Notes under the pieces: model-generated
The model's input: the letters and a program-made list of their open reading frames with translations, nothing else
Database searches by the model: none
What the model was told of the DNA's origin: nothing
Origin: Scenedesmus sp. PABB004
Taxonomy: Eukaryota
Assembly (NCBI GenBank): GCA_014905635.1
Contig: JABVCE010000002.1
Coordinates: 2,170,001 to 2,234,000 of the forward strand
DNA length: 64,000 nucleotides
Direction of reading: 5' to 3'
Shown here: one piece after another, positions 47,606-58,604 of the stretch
Layout: each line of letters begins with the position of its first letter
How positions within the stretch are numbered: position 1 is the first letter of the stretch
Program-made: the position numbers and the translations under genes

Positions 47606-49672
47606 TTAGAAGAATGTGCCGCACCGCCCGCACAGCGAGCGGCGCGCCAAGAGGGGGACCGCCATCGGCGGTGACGTGTGGCGCCGCGTGGGCGGCCGCC
47701 GGGCGGCGCCGCCCCGCGGCGGCGCCTCAGGCGCAGACGGTGAGGCGCGCGCGCTTCGGGGCGGGCGCGTCCTGCGCCGCGTCGCAGGCGGGGGCGCGCG
47801 GGGGCGGGCCATGGACGCCACCGCGTCCTCCAGGTTGTCGTAGCCCCCCGCCGCCGCGGCCTGCCGCGCCATGGCCAGCGCCTCGGCCAGGTCGCACGAC
47901 GCCAGGCGCGCCGACAGCGCGGGCCCGGCGCTCGCAAACGGCCCGTCCCCGGCGGGCGCGCCGATGCTGCGCGCGGGCCGCAGCGCCGCGGGCGGCTGCG
48001 GCACGCCGCCCCAGGCCGCGGGCGGGCCGCCCGCGGCCGCGGCGCGCGCCTCCAGTTCGGCCAGCGCCGCGACGGCTGTGGCGTGCGCGTCGCGCTCGTC
48101 GCCGTGGGTGCCAAACACCTGCAACACGCTGCCCGTCCACACGCCCGCGCCGAGCAGGCCGGTCGCGCTGCAACGGAACACCAGCCCCGCCATGCCGCAC
48201 CGGCCGGGCACGACCGCCGCCAGGCGCGTGCCCGGCGGCAGCGCGCCGCGCCACGCCTCGTCCAGCTGCGGTGCGGGCTGGACGAGCGCGCCGGGCGCCG
48301 CGACGCTGTTGGCCCAGCCCTGGCCGCCGGGCGGGCCGCAGGGCACGAGCGCGCCGGCCGCGCCTGCGGGGCCCTGCCCCTGCCACAGCGCCGGCGGCGC
48401 GCCGGGCGCGCCGCCCGCCGGTGCGGCCGCGGCCGCGCCGCGCGGGCTGGACTTGGCGCTGGGCTGCGGCAGGGCCATGCTCTGCTCCTCCGTGAGGTTG
48501 CCCTGCGCGTCCACGTAGTCTGCAGGAGACCGGCGGCGGGGCGGGGGCGGCAGGCGCGCGTGAGCGTGAGCGTGGGTGGTGGTGCGCGCGCGCGCAAGCG
48601 CGGCCCCGGCGCCGGCCGCTGCGCACCGGCGTAGTCAAAGTTGAGCTTGGCCTTCTTGCCGCGGATCTTGATCGCGGCGCGGTCAAACTGGCGTGCCGCG
48701 TCGTCCTCGTTGGTGAAGCTGCCGAGGTACAGGTACTTGCCGCCGCTGTTGATGGCCGCCTGCCAGCGCTTGTTCTTCTTGTTCCAGCACACGCCCCTGC
48801 CCGGGCGCGGCGCGGGCGCGGGGGCGTGAGGGCGGCGGCCCCCGCGCGCCGCGCAGCGCGCACGTCGTGCCCTCCTCGGCGGCGCCGCCGCACCTGTACT
48901 TGCTGGTCAGCAGCTTCTTGCTTGACGCGGTGAAGAGCTTGTGCTTGGCCGCCTCGTCGTCGTCGTCGGCGCCCGCCGCCGCGCTCGCGCGGCGCGGCGG
49001 CGCCGCGCCGCCCCGCGGCCGCGCGCCGCTGCGGCGCCGCGCGCCGCCGCCGCGGCGCTGGCGGCCGCCGCGCTCGGCCTCGCTGTCCGAGCTGGAGGGC
49101 ACGTAGTCACCCTCCGCCTCGTCGTCGGGCGTGGAGTGCTCCTCGTCGCCGGCGCGCGTGCGCGGCCACGCCTGCTGCTGCTGCTCCGCCGGCGGCGACG
49201 CCCGCTGCCGCGGCTGCGCGCGCGCCGGCGCCCGCGCCGGCGCCTCGCACACGCTGGTCAGCCGCGCCGCGGCGAGGCAGCTGCGCGCCGCCGCGCGCGT
49301 GGCGGCGCGCGCCTCCTCCGCCTGGAGCTCCTCGCCGCGGCTGGCCGCCGCGGGCGCGGGCGGCTCGGGGCCGCCCAGCGGCAGGATGAAGTCGTCCGCC
49401 GCGAGCGCGCCGCAGCGCGCGCCGCCGCCCCAGAGCAGCCCCGGCTCGAGGCCGGCGTGCAGCAGGGCGCCGCCGCCGTGCAGCGCGGCCATGGGGCCGG
49501 CGAGGGTGAACGCGTCGAGCTCCGCGCTGATCGGGTCGGGCTGCGCTCCGAGCAGCGCCGCCGGGGCGTGGCCGACCGGGGCGTGGCCGACCGAGTGCTG
49601 CGTGGTGCTGCTGTCTATGGAGGTGGTGGGGTGCAGGCCCTTGGCCGGCGGCGCCGCCGCGGGTGCCGACAT
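47606..49672 (-). CDS. AP2/ERF-domain transcription factor, paralog 1; exons 49672-48894, 48796-48627, 48519-47606 (3' end uncertain)
   Basis: SKYR/GVCWNKKNKRWQAAINSGGKYLYLGSFTNEDDAARQFDRAAIKIRGKKAKLNF. Confidence 0.85.
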
Positions 49673-50638
49673 GCGGAAAAACACACGCGGGCGTGCGCCG
49701 AGCGCGGCGGCGTCACCGCCGCTGCTGCTGCTGCCGCGCTTGCGGCGCCTGCGGCGCGAGGCGGCGGCGGAGGCGGCGGACGGGTCAGGGAGGCGCCTCG
49801 GACCGCACCAGCGCGGGGGCGCCGGGCGGCAACCGAGCGGAAGCTGGCCGCATGCCCGCGCATCGCGCTCGGCGCCCAGGGCGCGCTGCGAGTCCCGGCG
49901 CGCTGCCTCGCGGTCAGCTGGCAGCGCGATCGGGCTCCCCGGCTCGCGCCAGCCCCTGCGCGCGGCGGGCTGGCGGGGGCCCTGCGCGGGCGGTCGCGCG
50001 CCCGCGCGTGCTGGGCGCGGCACGCACCCAGCTGCTCCACAGCCCAGACGCGACCGCCGGGCGCGGCCTGGAGGGCGCTGGCGTCGAACGGTGCGGTGGC
50101 ACCGGGAATTTGTGCTGGCTCCTGCTGCAACAGGCGCGGCGATGGAGGTGCTCCGGGGTGTTGCGCGGTCGCGCTCGAGTGCCGGCTGGCCTCGGGGCGC
50201 GCCTGGGGCGCGGCCTGGGCGGGGGGCAAAAAAAATGAGAGCACGGAGTTCTGTGCCAGGCTCGTCAGCCGGACGCGGCGGTCACCGCCCGCCTCCCCCG
50301 GCGACCGCGCGCCGACTGTTCAGTCGTGGTCACCCCCTGGAGCCAAGCTGGCCTGTACGCGCGCACGTGGGCTAAGCTTTGTCATTGGCTCAGCAGCCCA
50401 GCAGCCCGCTAGGGCTGCAGCGCGCACGCCGGGCGAGCGGGGGCGCAAACCGAGGGTTTGTGTCCTGCAGCACCAGCCAGTCGCGCGGAGGGCAGCGCAC
50501 GCGCGGCGGATCCTGCCGCCGCGCAGCACGGCGCGGCGGCCGGCGTGGCGGGGCGCGCCGAGGTCGTGGATGCCAGTCCGTGGTTCAACACGCTGCAGCC
50601 CGCCCGCCCCTCACCCTTGTCCCTCCCCCGCGCTCGTC

Positions 50639-53016
50639 TCATGCGTTCTGGGACATCTGCTGCTTCAGCTGGGCGATGGCATCCTGCAGGCCGACGCTCG
50701 CGAGCGAGGAGGGCCAGGCGGCGCCGCCGCCGCTGCCGCCAGCGCCGCCGCCGCCGCCGACAGGCTCGCCGGCGTCGTCGGCGCCGCCCGAGCTCGTGCG
50801 CCGCCGCTTGGCCGCCGCGCCGCCAGCGCCCGCGAGCGCGTCCGACCAGCCTGCCGCGCCCCCAGCCGCTGCGCCGCGCTTGCCGCCCGTCGCGCCCATG
50901 GCGCTCGTCAGCAGCTCCTCGAGCGCCACGTTGGTCAGCGCGGCGAGGCTGCCGCTGGCCGAGCGCGGCGGCGGCGCGCCCGTCTGCGGCACCCCGCCCA
51001 GCGTGCTGGTCAGCTGCTGCCGCAGCGTGGCCATGTCGATGTTGGCCAGCCGGAGCGCACCGCCGTCGGCGGCCGGCTGCTGCTGCTGCTGCTGCTGGAG
51101 CTGCTGCAGCAGCTGCTGCTGGACCGATGGCGCCGCCGTCGGTGCAGGCGCGCCGCCGCCGCCGGCGCCGCCGTCGCCGCTGCCGCCCGACTGCTGCATT
51201 ATCTGCTGCAGCGTCGCATGCAGCTCCGCCTCGGTGCTGCTGGGCAGCGGCTGCGGATCCACGGCGCCGCCGCGCAGCTGCAGCGCCGGGTAGGACATGC
51301 CCGTGCCCTGCTGCTCCGCCGCGGCCTGCTGCGCCAGCTGCGCCGCCTTGGCGATGTCGATGTTGGCCAGTCCCAGCCCCGGCACGGTCCGGCCGCCCAG
51401 CAGCCCGCCGCCGCCGAGCGCACCGCGCCGCGCGGCGCCCAGGCCGAGCGCCGCGAGCAGCGGGTCGGGCGGCGCCGCGGCGCCGCCGCCGCTGACGCCG
51501 CCGCTGCGCGCCGCGCGGTCCAGCGCGAGCAGCTCCGCGCCGCGCTGCGCGGTCTGGCGCGCTTCGTCGGCGCTGGCGTAGCTCCCAAAGTCGTGCAGCG
51601 CGCTGCCCGTCCAGACGGCCGCGCCGCTGGCGCCGCTGCCGCCGTTGATGTACACCACGCCCGCCGCGTCGGGCGCCGGGCCGGGCAGCACGGCCTCCAC
51701 GCTGCACCCGCCCGGCAAGTGCGACTTCAGCTCGGCCGCGCTCGGCACCGCGAGCCCCGCGGCGGCGCCGCCGCCGCTGCCGCCGGGCGCGGCGTCCCAC
51801 GCGCCCCGCCCCGCGAGCGCGGCGAGCGCCGCGTGGCTGGTCAACATGTCGCTCGCCGCGTCCGCCGACAAGCCCAGCGGCAGCGCGCCCCCGCCTGTGA
51901 ACGCGCCGTAGCTGGCAAGCTCCGCGGCGTCGCCGTAGCCGCCCGGCTCGCCGCCGGCGCAGGCCGCCCCGCCGCCGCCGTAGCCTCCGGCCTCGCTGTC
52001 GGCGCGGCGGCCGCCGCCGCCGCCGCGGCGGCCGGCCCGCCCACCCTCGTCCTTGGCCGCGCTGGGCAGCACCAGCTCCTCCGTGAGGTTGCCCTGCGCG
52101 TCCACGTAGTCTGCAGGAGACCGGCGGCGGGGCGGGGGCGGCGGCAGGCGCGGACGCGCGCGCGTGAGCGTGAGCGTTGGGGTGGTGCGCGCGCGCGCCC
52201 GCGCAGCCCCGGCGCCGGCCGCTGCGCACCGGCGTAGTCAAAGTTGAGCTTGGCCTTCTTGCCGCGGATCTTGATCGCGGCGCGGTCAAACTGGCGTGCC
52301 GCGTCGTCCTCGTTGGTGAAGCTGCCGAGGTACAGGTACTTGCCGCCGCTGTTGATGGCCGCCTGCCAGCGCTTGTTCTTCTTGTTCCAGCACACGCCCC
52401 TGCCCGGGCGCGGCGCGGGCGCGGGGGCGTGAGGGCGGCGGGCCCGTGCCGCGCGCGGAGCCGCCTCGGCGCCGTGGTGCCGCGTCCCGGCCGCCCCTGC
52501 CCTGCCGCCGCCCCCGCCGGCGCACCTGTAGCGTGAGCTGAGCGCCTTGTTGCTCCCGGCGCCCGCCCCCGCCGACTTTGGCCGCCGCGGCGCCGGCGCC
52601 GCGTCCTCGTCGCCGCCGTCGCCGCCGCCGCCACCGCCGTAGCCCTGCCCGGCGCCGCCGCCGCCGTCGAACGCCAGCTGCGGGGCGGACAGGTCGCCCA
52701 GCAGCCCGCCCAGGGACGCGGGGTTGATGCTGCCGAGGCCGCCCAGGTTGAGCCCCCTGCTGAGCAGCAGCGAGTTGAGCGCCGCCGACGTGTCGGGCGC
52801 GCCCGCCGCGCCGCCGGCGCCGAGCAGCGCGTCGCCCGTGAAGAGGGAGGGGCCCTGCTGCGCGAGCGCGGCGCGCGCGAGCTGCGCCAGCTCCTCCGCC
52901 GTTGCGGCGGACAGGCCGCTGAGCTGCGCCAGGCCGGCCAGCTGCGGCTTGACGTCCGGCTGCGCCGCCGCCCCGTCCGCCGCGCCCCCGCTCGCCGCGT
53001 CCCCGGCGCCCGGCAT
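50639..53016 (-). CDS. AP2/ERF-domain transcription factor, paralog 2; exons 53016-52526, 52399-52230, 52110-50639
   Basis: SRYR/GVCWNKK... AP2 domain with the same intron positions as paralog 1; Gln/Gly-rich C-terminus. Confidence 0.88.
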
Positions 53017-53727
53017 CCTGCGGCCGGCGCTGTTCAGCCTGCGCCGCCGCCGCCGCCGGACTTGCTGCCTGCGAGCGCGGCCGCGGAGGTGAGTGAGCGT
53101 TCCGCGAGTGAGCTGCACAGAGTGAGGGCACACGCCGCTGCTCCGCGCGCGCTGCCGCCGCCGCCGCCGCCCGGAGCGCGGCGGGGGCACGCTGCGGCGA
53201 GCGGGGTGCCTTCCCACCTGCTGCAATCACGGCGCGGGGGGGACTCGCGGCGCGGGGAGAGCGGGCGGCCCGCTGCGGCCCCGATGCCACTCCCTCTCCG
53301 CCACGGGCGCGCCGGCAGGGTCCGCCGCTCGCAAGCAAGCGCCCACGATCAAGAAGAGTGCGCCACTCTGGCTTGCACACCGCGCCGCGAAGCAAGCTGG
53401 CCGCACGAGGCCGGGACGTGGAGCCGCGCGTGAGGCGCACGCACGGACGCGCTGTCCTCGGCGCCGGTGTCGCGTGATGCCGGCAGCGAGCTGCCGCGCC
53501 TGCACGGGCGCGCGGAGAGGCAGGTTCAGCTAGGCCCTGGCGGCGCGGTGCAGGAGTGCCCTGCGGAGGCGCGGTGCAGCAGTGCCCTGCTGCGCGGTCT
53601 GATGAGAGGTCTGAGGTCTGGTGGGCACGGCCGAGCAGCTGCTGGGCGCCGCGCGTCGCCGCGCGCCGCCGCGCGCCGTGCGGCCCGGGCCGCCGCCACC
53701 CTCGCGCGCGTCGGGCGGGCCGCGCAG

Positions 53728-53732
53728 TTACA
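53728..53732 (-). promoter_or_regulatory. TGTAA polyadenylation signal for the hydrolase gene
   Basis: TTACA on the + strand about 50 nt past the stop at 53780. Confidence 0.5.
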
Positions 53733-53779
53733 GGGGCGACCGCCCTGACCAGGCACAGAGCACACAGGCCGACCAACCC

Positions 53780-56763
53780 TCACTGCGCAGTGTTGCGCCG
53801 CGCGACGGCCCGCGGCGGCCAGCCCGCCTCGCCGCCGCCGACCGCGCACGGCGTCGACGCGCTGCCCCACGACGCCGACAGCAGCACGCCCCCGCCGGGC
53901 TGCCGCCCCGCCGCCGCCGCCGCGAGCAGCGCGGCGGCACCCTCGGCGACCGCCGCGGTCGCGGTGGCGGCCGCCGTCGTCGCCAGCAGGCCGCTCGCGC
54001 CGCAGTGCGCGTGCGGGCCGAACGCGGCGGGCGGCGCGTCCGCCCGGCCGCTGCCGCTGGCGCCGCGCGCGCCGCCAGCCGGGCGCGCGCAGGGGGCGTC
54101 CCGGCGCTGCCTGCTGCCGGCCCCCGCGGGACCACAGCTCGGCAGCACGCGAGCGTCGGCGTCGCTCGCTGAGCACGCGGCCGGCGCGGCGGCGCCGCCG
54201 CCTGCGCGCGGAGACCTGGCGCCGCTCGCGCCGCGCGTGAGCGCCGGCGGCGGGCCGGGCGGCGCCGCCGGCGCCGCGCAGCCGGCAGCGCTGGCGGCCA
54301 GCGCGGCCGCGCCCGCCGCGGCCGCGCCCGCCGCGGCCGCGCCCGCCGCGCCCGCCGCCACCGCGGCGGGCACGCCCGCCACTGCCGCAGCCGCGCCCGC
54401 GGCCAGCCCGGCGCCGGCGCCTGCGGCCGCGACGGCGGCGCCGCCGCCCGTGAGCTCCTGGATGGCGGCCAGCACCTCGCCCATGGCCGCCGGGTGGAGC
54501 AGGAAGGCTCCGTGGATGAGGCCAGGCTTGTAGACCACCTGCGCAGCCGCGCGCAGCGGCGGCAGTGTGGGCGGCGCCGGCGCCGGCGGCGGCGGCGGGC
54601 GCGCGCGCCGGCGTGCGCGGGCCGGGCCCGGGGCCGGCGGCGCCGCCCCGCGCCGGCGCGCGCCTGCACGCGGCCGCTGTCGCGGAGCATGGTGGCGATG
54701 TCTGGCGACGACACGAGCGCGTCGGCGCCGCTCAGCACGACCGCCGCGCGGCCCGCGGGCAGGTCTTCCGGCCACAGCGTCAGCTCGGACCAGTAAAAGT
54801 GCCGGCCGAACGTCGCGGCGAGGTGCAGGTCTCTGCTGACAAGCCAGAGCAGCAGCGAGAACGCCGACTCCAGCGGCCTGCGGCGCGGCCGCCGCGCGCG
54901 CGGCGCGCGGCGCGTCGGCCGCCGCCGCGCGCTCGGGCGCCGGCTGCGGCGCGCAGGCGCCGGCGCCGGCACGCGTCGCGCGCACCTGCGGACGCTGAGG
55001 GCGAGCGGCGCATAGATAAAACCGTGAAGGAGGCGAGGCATGAACATGGCAAAGCACACCGGGTCCACCATCACCACGCCCGCCGCGCAGCCCGGCCGCG
55101 TGCGCAGCAGCCGCCCCGCGACGAGCGTGCCTGCGCGCGGCGCGGCGCAGCGCGGTCGCGGGCGCGGCGCGGCGGGCGTGGGCGCGGCGCGGCGGGCGTG
55201 GGCGCGCGGCGCGCGGCGCGGGCGGGCGCGGCGCACCGTAGCTGTGCGCGACGAGCAGCGGCAGGGGCAGGCGGTGCGCCTCGATCGCCGCGGCGAGGTC
55301 GTCGGCGAGCGCTTCGATGGTGGGGATGCGCCAGCTGCGGCGGCGGCGCGACCGGTGGCGCGTGAGCCGCGGCCGGTCGCAAGCAGGGCTGCGAGCGCGC
55401 CGCGCGCGCCCGCGCGCCGCCGCGCCGCCGCGCCCACCTCAGGCGCAGCGCCACGTGGGGCATGTCCAGCACCAGCAGCCGCCGGCGGCGCCCGCCGGCG
55501 GCGAGGGCGAGGCGCGCGAGCAGCGGCAGGTACAGCAGCAGCCCGGCCACGCCGTGGCAGAACACCAGCGGCGGCTCGCCGTCGCCGGCCGGCGCGGCGG
55601 CCGCGCCGGCCGGCGCGTCGTCGATGCCGCGCGTGTAGTAGCAGAGCTGCCTGCCGGGCGGCGCGGCGCGGCGCGCTCGGCGCTGCGGCGCTCGGCGCTG
55701 CGCGCTGGGCGCAGCTGCACCCCCGCGCGGCGCCCCCTGCGCACCCTTGGCGGCGGCGGCGGAAGCCGAGCGCCCGCATGAGGCCGGCCGTGGCCAGGCC
55801 GAGCGCCTCGATGGCAGCGTAGAACGCCAGCGGCCGCCAGCTCGCCTGCGCGGCGTTTGCGCGGCGCAGCGTCGCGCGGCGCGGGCGGGGGCGGCGCCGC
55901 GGCTCTCGCCCGCGCGCGCGCTTCGCGCGGGCCGTCCCGCCGCCGGCCGCGCGTGCACACCCACCCGCAGCGGCTCCCAGAGGTGCGACATGAACTGCAA
56001 GCCGGGCGTGTGGCCGGGCGGGAAGGTCACGTCAAAGACGCCTTGGAACTCGTCCACCATCTCCCCCGGCAGGTGCCCCAGCCCCAGCGCCGCGAGCTCC
56101 TCCCTGGCGGGCGCCGGCGCGGGCGCAGGCGCAGGCGTGGCGGGCGCAGCGGCTCAGCGCTGCCGCCGCGCGCGGCCGCCCCCGCCGCCGCGCCCTGCTC
56201 TGCCCCCTCGCGGCTGCTGCTGCTGCTGCTGCTGCGCCGCGGCCTCACCGCGTGCGATAGAAGAAGCCGTAGGCGAACAGCTCCTCCATGTTGCCGCGCA
56301 GGATGGCGGCCGGCGGGGCGCCGCGGAACCACATGGACAGGTACGCCGGCAGGAAGGCAGGGTCGCAGGGCTGGCCCCGGACAAAGGCCATGAAGCGCCG
56401 GAAGAGCGCGTGGCACGCGGCCGGGTCGGCCGCCGCGCGGGCCGAGGCCGTCGGCACGGGCGCGCCGAGCGCGGCGCGCGCGGGGCGGAACCAGGCGCAG
56501 TAGAAGGCGGCCTCGGCCGCGAGCCACGCGCCCGCGGCCGCCGCGGCGAGCCACGCGCCCGCGCGCAGCGGGGCCGCCGCCGCGTCGGCGGCGTCAGACG
56601 CGGCCGCGTGGGCCGCCGCCCGCCACGCCGCCAGCGCCGCGAGCGCCGCGGCCGCCAGCGGCAGCAGCAGCAGCGGCGCAGCCCGCGCCGCCGCGGCGGC
56701 CGCCTGCGCACGGCCCCGGCCGCGCCCATCACGCTGCGCCGGTGCCGGTGCTTTCACGCCCAT
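53780..56763 (-). CDS. Membrane-anchored alpha/beta-fold hydrolase of unknown substrate, multi-exon
   Basis: N-terminal hydrophobic segments, PLVFCHGVAG, nucleophile elbow AHSYG (split by an intron), MVDPVCF, SGADALV and HGAFL. Confidence 0.8.
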
Positions 56764-57120
56764 GGCGGCGGGGCGCGCCGCTGCGGCGCCCGCGCCCGCG
56801 GGCGCGCCCGACGCGCGCTGCCGCGCTGCGCGTGGGGCCCCGGTCGGCCGCGGCTGGGGCCGAGAGGCGACAAGAACTTTATGCTACAATCGATCGGCGT
56901 GCCGGACCGACAGCTGGCGCGCCCGGGCTGGCGCTGGCTCGGCCGGAAATGGTTGCCCAGCCGCGGCGCGCGTGCGTCGCGCGCGGTCGGCGCGGCGGTC
57001 GCAAGGTGGAGCCAGGGCCGCGGCGGTCACTCCCATCATGCGCGGCGGGCACAACGGCTCGGGCGTGAACCGCCGCGCGACGCCGCGGCGACCGCTCAGC
57101 GACCAGCGCGCCGCGCTGGC

Positions 57121-57293
57121 TTAGATGATGAACCCCCGCCCCAGCCGGCCCACGCGCACGCCGAACGCCTCATCCTCCTGCGTCGAGAGACGTGTAGCGT
57201 CGGCGCCGGTCGCGGCGGCGCGTTTGCCGCGCTGGCCGCGCGCGCCAGCGGCCGCGCCAGCAGCGCGCCCGCACCTGCGCTTGTCGCCGGCCG

Positions 57294-57349
<56 letters not shown>

Positions 57350-58138
57350 CCGCTGCTGCTGAACCTGCTGCACCTGCTGCTGCTGCTTTTGGGCGCCCGC
57401 TCCGGCGGCAACGCCACGCCGCTGCACGCGCGCGAGCAGCTGCTCGCGCACGGCGCCCGCGCCGCGCCAGCCGGCGCCCGCGTGCTGCTGCACGTCGGCG
57501 CGCAGCGCCGCCAGCAGCGCGCCCTGCTGCGCGACCTGTGCCTCCAGCCTGCGCGCAGCGGCGGAGCAGCGTGGGCGCGCGGCGGCGGAGCGACGTGTCG
57601 GGGCAGTGCGGTCGCAGCCGCTGCCGCCCGCAGCGCGCCCCCGCAGCGCAGCTCACTGCGCGATGCCCTGCTTGAGGTGCTGCTGCTCGTGCACCTCCAG
57701 AAGCTGGTCGGACTGCGGCGGCAGTGGCGGCGGTGGCGGCGGCGGCGGCGGTCGCGCGCGCTGCCGGCGTCGCACGCGCTGCGGCCTTGCGCCGCCGCCG
57801 CCGCCCGCCGGCGGCGGCGGCGGTCGCGCGCGCTGCCGGCGTCGCACGCGCTGCGTGCGGCCTTGCGCCGCCGCCGCCGCCCGCGCCTGCAGCCGGCTCT
57901 CCGCCATGATCGCCGACACCACGCTCGCCGTGGACATCGCGTAGAGCGTGAACAGCGCCGCCAGGCTGCCGCGCTGGCCGCGCAGGCGTCGCAGCGCCGC
58001 GCCCAGCCCGCCGCCGGCGCCGGCGCCGCCGCCGCCGCCGCGCGCGCCGTCGAGCGCCGCGATCCGGGCGCGCAGCGCGTCGATGGCGCCCACGTAGTCG
58101 TAGGAGGCGTGCGGCGCGGGGCCCGGGGTCGCCCCCAT
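57121..58138 (-). CDS. Hypothetical small protein with one TM segment, a coiled coil and polyQ, about 4 exons
   Basis: YDYVGAIDALRARIAALD, LAALFTLYAMSTASVVSAIMA, LEAQVAQQGALLAALRADVQQ, a (CAG)n tract, and a final exon EDEAFGVRVGRLGRGFII-stop. Confidence 0.55.
57296..57347. repeat. (CTG/CAG)n trinucleotide repeat encoding polyQ
   Basis: Pure CTG run of about 17 units. Confidence 0.9.
57737..57884. repeat. Two tandem copies of a ~72-76 bp unit within an intron
   Basis: ggcggtcgcgcgcgctgccggcgtcgcacgcgct..gcggccttgcgccgccgccgccgcccgc occurs twice; copy 2 has 4 extra nt. Confidence 0.85.
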
Positions 58139-58604
58139 CGCTGTGCGGGCTGCCGCGCGCGTGCGCAGCTGCGCACGCCGCGGTGCCGCTGCTGCTGCCG
58201 CCGCGCCCGGCGCACCCGGCGGCTCAGCGGGCGCGGGCGCTCACGGGCGGAGGATAGGCAGGCGGATGCGGCACGCTCGTGCCGGCGGCGGCGGCTGCGG
58301 CGGCTGTGCGCAGCGCGCCGCGGCGCGGCGCGGGGCGCTCGGCTTCGGCGCCGTGGGCGCCGCGGTTTTGTCGAGCGCGCCGTTGGTCTCACGCCACAGC
58401 TCCCTGCACCGCCCCCGGCACTGCATTCATCCCGGCGGCTCCCGCCGCGGCCGCACTGCGAACACACCGCCGCTCCGCCGCTCCCCGCCGCCCAGCGCCG
58501 ATCGCTCTCCCGGCGCTGTGAGGCCCGGACCCGCGTGCCCAAGGCTGAGCGTGTCCTGAAGGGACCGCGGCCGGGCGGCACCGGCACCCGGGCGGTGCGA
58601 GGGG

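Noticed and set aside
53599..53625. CTGATGAG resembling a hammerhead core, or TGATGA..CTGA resembling a C/D snoRNA
   Set aside because: No suitably placed GAAA or stems, and the boxes are too close together.
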